Positions 59,456 through 64,000 of a DNA stretch of 64,000 bases are shown here, one piece after another. Source of the stretch: an uncultured Polaribacter sp. (GTDB lineage Bacteria; Bacteroidota; Bacteroidia; Flavobacteriales; Flavobacteriaceae). The translations under genes were made by a program, and so were the position numbers. The notes below the pieces were generated by a model. It did not search any database, was not told where the DNA came from, and saw only the letters and a program-made list of their open reading frames with translations. Position 1 is the stretch's first letter. The number at the start of each line of letters is the position of its first letter. The stretch lies in contig OY729423.1 in the NCBI GenBank assembly GCA_963422315.1, positions 568,131 to 632,130 of the forward strand. Direction: 5' to 3'.

Positions 59456-60250
59456 TTAAAACTCCTTTTTAAAAACCATTATATATTCGTGTTTGAAAAT
59501 ATAATAATCACTTTTTAAGGCTCTATATTTCCAAATACCACCCTGTCCAATTTTCCCTCTATTCCCTTCAATGTTTTTAACAATAATTCCCTTTAGTTTT
59601 ACTTTAAACTTTCTTTTTATAGCATCTAATATGTAAAAAGATAAAGGAATAACCTCACTTTTTTTATAAACATCTCCAATCACAATTGCAAAGTAACGGT
59701 TAGTCTCTAAATATTTCAAACCATTTTCTACAACTTTATTAAAAGTTCTTACAAATTGAGATAAATCGGAAATTTGAGATAAATCTTCTTTCTTATTTGT
59801 GAATTTTACAATGTCCATATATGGTGGGTGCATTATTAAAAATTGAGTTTTATTAGATTGTAATTTGCTTAAGGAATTTGCTATTTTACTGTTAAATTCA
59901 ACTGAATTGGAAACATCGCAATTTTGAATATCATAATTGATTTTCACATTTTCTTTCATCTTATCATTTACAAATGACATTATTTCATCATTGATATCAA
60001 ACCCAATAAAACTCCTATTTAGATTTTCGCACTCAAAAAGTGTAGTCCCACTCCCCAAAAATAAATCAAGGACAATTTCATTCTTTTTTGTATATCGTTT
60101 TATTAATTGATATGGAATTTGTGGTATAAAATTTCCATGATACTTATTTGAATGTTTACCCTTTTTGTCTCTTCCTCCAATTAGCCAAAGGCTATCAACA
60201 TTTACATCGCTTTCTTTCCAATTTTCTATATCTATATCGTTAAATTTCAT
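59456..60250 (-). CDS. N6/N4 DNA methyltransferase with motif I before an atypical motif IV (HPPY)
   Basis: 264 aa with ...IPYQLIKRYTKKNEIVLDLFLGSGTT (64-70), then MHPPYMD (141-144). Confidence 0.7.
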   Translation of the reverse strand: MKFNDIDIENWKESDVNVDSLWLIGGRDKKGKHSNKYHGNFIPQIPYQLIKRYTKKNEIVLDLFLGSGTTLFECENLNRSFIGFDINDEIMSFVNDKMKENVKINYDIQNCDVSNSVEFNSKIANSLSKLQSNKTQFLIMHPPYMDIVKFTNKKEDLSQISDLSQFVRTFNKVVENGLKYLETNRYFAIVIGDVYKKSEVIPLSFYILDAIKRKFKVKLKGIIVKNIEGNRGKIGQGGIWKYRALKSDYYIFKHEYIMVFKKEF

Positions 60251-60415
60251 TCGTTAAATTTCCTGTCGTTTCGGCATCCTATACCTACGTAATTAAGCTA
60301 CCCCTTGTGTTAGCTAATCAATTCTTAAAAATTCTGTTTTCAGAAAATTAATTCAAAGTTTAGCGGTATAAAAATAAGAATTTGATTTTTAATAAATTGA
60401 TAAAAAGAAGCCTCG

Positions 60416-60440
60416 CTTGTTAATCATTCTTTTGAAGTTA
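60416..60440. mobile_element. 25-bp remnant identical to an internal part of the IS5-family transposase gene
   Basis: CTTGTTAATCATTCTTTTGAAGTTA is identical at 30416-30440. It abuts copy 2 of the 49-bp repeat. Confidence 0.7.
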
Positions 60441-60488
60441 TTATTTCGTTAAAAATAAATGTGTTGAATATGTTTTAAAAGAGGACTA
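60440..60488. repeat. 49-bp perfect direct repeat, copy 2
   Basis: See 57222-57270. Confidence 0.95.
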
Positions 60489-60502
60489 AACACTAAAAAC
60501 AT

Positions 60503-61894
60503 CTAAAGTAACGCTCTAACAACTATAAAAGCCAAAGCTCCAGATATAAAGCCAATTAAAGCTAACCACGAAATTTTTTTTAAATACCAAAAAAAGTTTA
60601 TATTTTCCATTCCCATAGCAACGACACCGGCGGCAGAACCAATAATTAACATGCTGCCACCGGTTCCAGCTGAAAATGCAATAAAATGCCATAATTCATT
60701 ATCGATTGTTTCGGAAAACATTCCTAAACTTGCGGCAACTAATGGCACGTTGTCTATTACTGCAGAGCCAAATCCAATTAATAAAATCACTAAATCTGAA
60801 ACTCCGGCACCTACTAATTCTGTTCCAGCCATTGGAACTGATGCTCTTAAATCGATTGCAAGGTTGAATAAAATTCCTAATGATTCTAAAGCTGCAACCA
60901 CCATTAAAATTCCTAAAAAGAATAAGAAACTTGACATCTCAACTTTAGATAAAGAATAACGTACTGGGCTTCGGTATGCGTGAGTTTCTGTTTCTTTACT
61001 GTTAAACTTTGCCAAAGAAAATTTAGTTCTACTAAAAACTTCCGCGAAAAGTGCAACTACAGATAGAGACAACATCATACCTACATAAGGTGGTAGGTGC
61101 GTTATTATTTTAAATATTGGTACAAAGATTATTGACCCTAAGCCTAAATATAACATTACTTTTCTATAAGGAACATGATTTTTCTCTTCTTCTTTTTCAT
61201 AATTAATTTCTCCTTTAAATGCTGGTAAAAATGAGGCTATAAAAGTAGGAACTATCATACATAATAGTGAAGGTATTAGTAGATATTCAAGTAGCTTAAA
61301 AGACGTTACTTTTTTTCCAATCCACAGCATCGTAGTTGTAACATCACCAATAGGAGACCAAGCACCTCCGGCGTTTGCAGCAATAATTATAATTCCAGCA
61401 AACCAAATTCGTTCGTTTTTGTTTTTAACTAGTTTTTGTAAAATAGAAATTAAAACTATAGTTGCAGTTAAGTTGTCTATTATTGCAGATAGTATAAAAG
61501 CTAATGTAGAAAATATCCACAAAATTTTAGATTTCTTTTTAGTTTTTACGAGCGACTTAATTGTATAAAAACCGTCAAAATAATCTATAATTTCAACTAT
61601 CGTCATCGCACCTAAAAGAAAAATTAAAATTTCTGATGTTTTTCCTAAATGATGGAGCAAAGAACTTTCTAATATAGATAGTTTAGCTTCGTGTGTAAAT
61701 GTAGAAAAATTATCTATTAGACTATGTTTACCAGTGTCAAACCATTTAGAAAAACTATCGATTCCTAATGCTACTATAGCCCAGCATATTGCCATCATAA
61801 GCAAAGCGGGCATTAGCTTGTCAATCTTTAAGCTGTGATCTAATGTAATGGCTATATAACCTATTACAAATGCTATAATTATTAATATTTCCAT
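60503..61894 (-). CDS. nhaD: NhaD/ArsB-superfamily sodium:proton antiporter
   Basis: 463 aa, polytopic, NhaD-like. Confidence 0.7.
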   Translation of the reverse strand: MEILIIIAFVIGYIAITLDHSLKIDKLMPALLMMAICWAIVALGIDSFSKWFDTGKHSLIDNFSTFTHEAKLSILESSLLHHLGKTSEILIFLLGAMTIVEIIDYFDGFYTIKSLVKTKKKSKILWIFSTLAFILSAIIDNLTATIVLISILQKLVKNKNERIWFAGIIIIAANAGGAWSPIGDVTTTMLWIGKKVTSFKLLEYLLIPSLLCMIVPTFIASFLPAFKGEINYEKEEEKNHVPYRKVMLYLGLGSIIFVPIFKIITHLPPYVGMMLSLSVVALFAEVFSRTKFSLAKFNSKETETHAYRSPVRYSLSKVEMSSFLFFLGILMVVAALESLGILFNLAIDLRASVPMAGTELVGAGVSDLVILLIGFGSAVIDNVPLVAASLGMFSETIDNELWHFIAFSAGTGGSMLIIGSAAGVVAMGMENINFFWYLKKISWLALIGFISGALAFIVVRALL

Positions 61895-62339
61895 ATTTCT
61901 TGATTTTTAATATTGTGGCAGATATTTGTTTTTTAGAATGCGATAAAAGTAGTAAAACATTTTTTAAACTTTTACAAAACATCCAATAAAATTATTTTAA
62001 CCTCTAAAAACAACCTTAAACATTTCCATAGATTAGTGCGATAAGTTTAAGCTATTAAGGAGGTTTTCAAATTATAAGAAGTGTGGATTTCTGCTTTCAA
62101 TTTATTTTGAGTTGGCTTAATTTTTATTAATATATACAACTTTTACAAGATTATTTAGAGGGTGTTTTATGGAAAAAGAGATAAAAATAATTGCTCTATT
62201 CGTTATTTCTGATAGTAACTTTCCTATATTTGTTTTACTTTCAGAAAAACATCAACATGAAGTTTTTAATAAAATAATAAGTAGTTTAAGTTTTGAAATA
62301 ACTAAATAGGGCTATACTTTATTTTTAATATTTTTTTTT

Positions 62340-63476
62340 ATGAATAACCGGTTTCTTAAGAGAATTGCAGCTTTTGTTTCGTTTTTAACTGTTTCATTGA
62401 TATTGTGGAACACTTACACTTTTTTTAATAAATTTAAACAAGAAGAGCGTTTAAAAATGGAAATATTAGCAACTGCACAAAAAGAAGTAGCTACAAACAC
62501 CGATTTGACAGACGACCTTAATTTGCCTTTAAAAGTGATAGAGAGCAATAAAAATATACCGATGATTTTGGTAAATAGCAATGACGAAATTATAAATACT
62601 CAAAATATAGATTTTATCAAACCATTAAATCCTAATCAAGTTAAAGAACTACTCGAAAAGATGAAGTCTGAAAACGAGCCGATAGAGTTTAAAATAACGG
62701 ATACAGAAAAACAATACATATATTACAGCAATTCTAATTTACTTAATAAATTGAGTTATTATCCGTTAGCGCTAATCTTAATATTGGTTCTATTTATTAC
62801 TCTAATTTATATGTTTTACAATTCATACAAAATTGCAGAGACTAACAAATTGTGGACTGGGATGGCTAAAGAAACGGCACACCAAATTGGCACTCCGCTG
62901 TCTTCTTTGCTCGGCTGGATTGCTATTTTAAAAGCAGAAAATATAAACAATAAGTACATTGAAGAAATAGAAAACGATGTTAACAGATTGAACGTAATTG
63001 CTAATAGATTTTCTAAAATTGGTTCCAGACCAGAGCTTAAAAACGAAAATATTGTTAAGGTTTCTAAACAAGTTTTTGATTATTTGAGGCTTATAAGTTC
63101 TAAAAAAATCTCGTTCTTATTTACAGCAAACAGCGAGGAAATTTATATTAAAATTAACGCTGAATTATTTGGCTGGGTTATAGAAAACCTCATTAAAAAT
63201 TCTATTGACGCAATGCCAGACACCGGAAGCCTACATCTAGATATAATAGACTCGCCTAGCAAAATCACAATTAGCGTTAAAGATACCGGTAAAGGAATAG
63301 TTAAAAAACTAATTAAACAAATTTTTAAACCTGGGTTTACCACAAAAAAACGCGGCTGGGGTTTGGGGTTATCGCTTTCTAAAAGAATTATTGAAGACTA
63401 TCACAAAGGGAAAATAAGCGTACAAAAATCTGATTTTAGAAGAGGCACTACTTTTAATATTACCTTTTATAAATAG
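62340..63476 (+). CDS. Sensor histidine kinase
   Basis: 378 aa with two TM segments, an H-box ETAHQIGTPLSSL, an N-box NLIKNSIDA and a G-box GWGLGL. Confidence 0.85.
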   Translation: MNNRFLKRIAAFVSFLTVSLILWNTYTFFNKFKQEERLKMEILATAQKEVATNTDLTDDLNLPLKVIESNKNIPMILVNSNDEIINTQNIDFIKPLNPNQVKELLEKMKSENEPIEFKITDTEKQYIYYSNSNLLNKLSYYPLALILILVLFITLIYMFYNSYKIAETNKLWTGMAKETAHQIGTPLSSLLGWIAILKAENINNKYIEEIENDVNRLNVIANRFSKIGSRPELKNENIVKVSKQVFDYLRLISSKKISFLFTANSEEIYIKINAELFGWVIENLIKNSIDAMPDTGSLHLDIIDSPSKITISVKDTGKGIVKKLIKQIFKPGFTTKKRGWGLGLSLSKRIIEDYHKGKISVQKSDFRRGTTFNITFYK

Positions 63477-63500
63477 CTTTGAGTTGTTTTACCTAACAAA

Positions 63501-63905
63501 TTAGCTACAATTATTAGAAAATTCGTTATATATTTTCTCTGATAATTCAACAAAATCGTCATTAGTTAATTTAACTTTCTTAACAAACTGCATATCTTCC
63601 ATATTGTTAATAGGAATTAAATGGATATGAATATGCGGAACTTCCAAACCGATAACACTCATTCCGATTCTGTCGCAAGGCACAACGTTTTCTATTGCTT
63701 TTGCAACTCTGTATGAAAAGTCCATCAGGTCTTTATATTCATTTTTAGGCAAGTCAAAAATTTTGTTTTCTTCCTTTTTTGGTACTACCAAAGTATGCCC
63801 TTTTGCGTTGGGGTTAATATCTAAAAAAGCAAAAAAAATATCGTCTTCTGCAACTTTGTAGCAAGGAATTTCCCCTTTTATAATTTTTGTAAAAATAGAA
63901 GCCAT
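63501..63905 (-). CDS. HIT family hydrolase
   Basis: 134 aa with the histidine triad HIHIHLIP. Confidence 0.85.
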   Translation of the reverse strand: MASIFTKIIKGEIPCYKVAEDDIFFAFLDINPNAKGHTLVVPKKEENKIFDLPKNEYKDLMDFSYRVAKAIENVVPCDRIGMSVIGLEVPHIHIHLIPINNMEDMQFVKKVKLTNDDFVELSEKIYNEFSNNCS

Positions 63906-63931
63906 AATTAAAAATATATTTCTTATTAAGT

Positions 63932-64000
63932 TTACCTTGAGATGTTTAAAATTTCAAACTTCATTATGCCGCTCGGAACTTTAATTTCGACAATTTCGCC
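63932..64000 (-). CDS. greA: Transcription elongation factor GreA, C-terminal 22 codons (partial at the window edge)
   Basis: The minus-strand reading is GEIVEIKVPSGIMKFEILNISR-stop, a typical GreA C-terminus. Confidence 0.55.
   Translation of the reverse strand, partial: GEIVEIKVPSGIMKFEILNISR

Noticed and set aside
62170-62310. 46-codon ORF (MEKEIKIIALFVISDSNFPIFVLLSEKHQHEVFNKIISSLSFEITK) upstream of the histidine kinase gene
   Set aside because: It is below the ORF-track threshold, with no recognisable family and no clear ribosome-binding or promoter context. It could be real but I cannot support it from the sequence alone.

Overview
By eye this is a low-GC (roughly 30% G+C) chromosomal segment that looks like a marine Flavobacteriia (Bacteroidota) genome. 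The supporting signs are T9SS C-terminal sorting domains, a fused lpxC/fabZ, Na+-NQR genes, an OlsF-like acyltransferase, WG-repeat and DUF349 proteins, and TAnnTTTG -7 promoter boxes. The housekeeping backbone is: sodium:solute symporter, pdxH, sixA-like, ppx, atpBEFHA, nqrABCD, folC, tRNA-Val, rseP, lpxD-lpxC/fabZ-lpxA-efp, sucD, lipB, hemD, HMG-CoA lyase, purC, DUF349, Nif3, tRNA-Leu/Gly, sodA, nhaD, a histidine kinase, a HIT protein and a greA 3' fragment. Small accessory islets rich in repeats and decayed genes interrupt this backbone. (1) 0.7-11.4 kb holds two tandem LRR/T9SS paralogs, a MITE-like element, and a PagL-like gene bracketed by 324-bp direct repeats, plus an ArnT-like gene. 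(2) 19.3-21.6 kb sits where atpG is expected and carries ORF6N and HNH pseudogenes and an intact MNT/HEPN pair bracketed by 42-bp direct repeats. (3) 25.7-31.8 kb sits where nqrE/nqrF are expected and carries methyltransferases and two decayed IS copies. (4) 46.8-48.1 kb is an IS5-family copy with a 5-bp target duplication. (5) 57.2-60.5 kb is a methylase-nuclease-methylase module bracketed by perfect 49-bp direct repeats. I see no large, clearly novel multi-gene system. The most unusual signals are the modules bounded by long direct repeats and a nuclease with a PUA/EVE-like N-terminal half. Others are three unrelated tandem arrays that share an exact 21-bp period, recurrent short motifs that bracket cassettes, and the truncation of two core operons at islet boundaries. 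All function calls come from reading the translations and from recalled family motifs; no searches were run.
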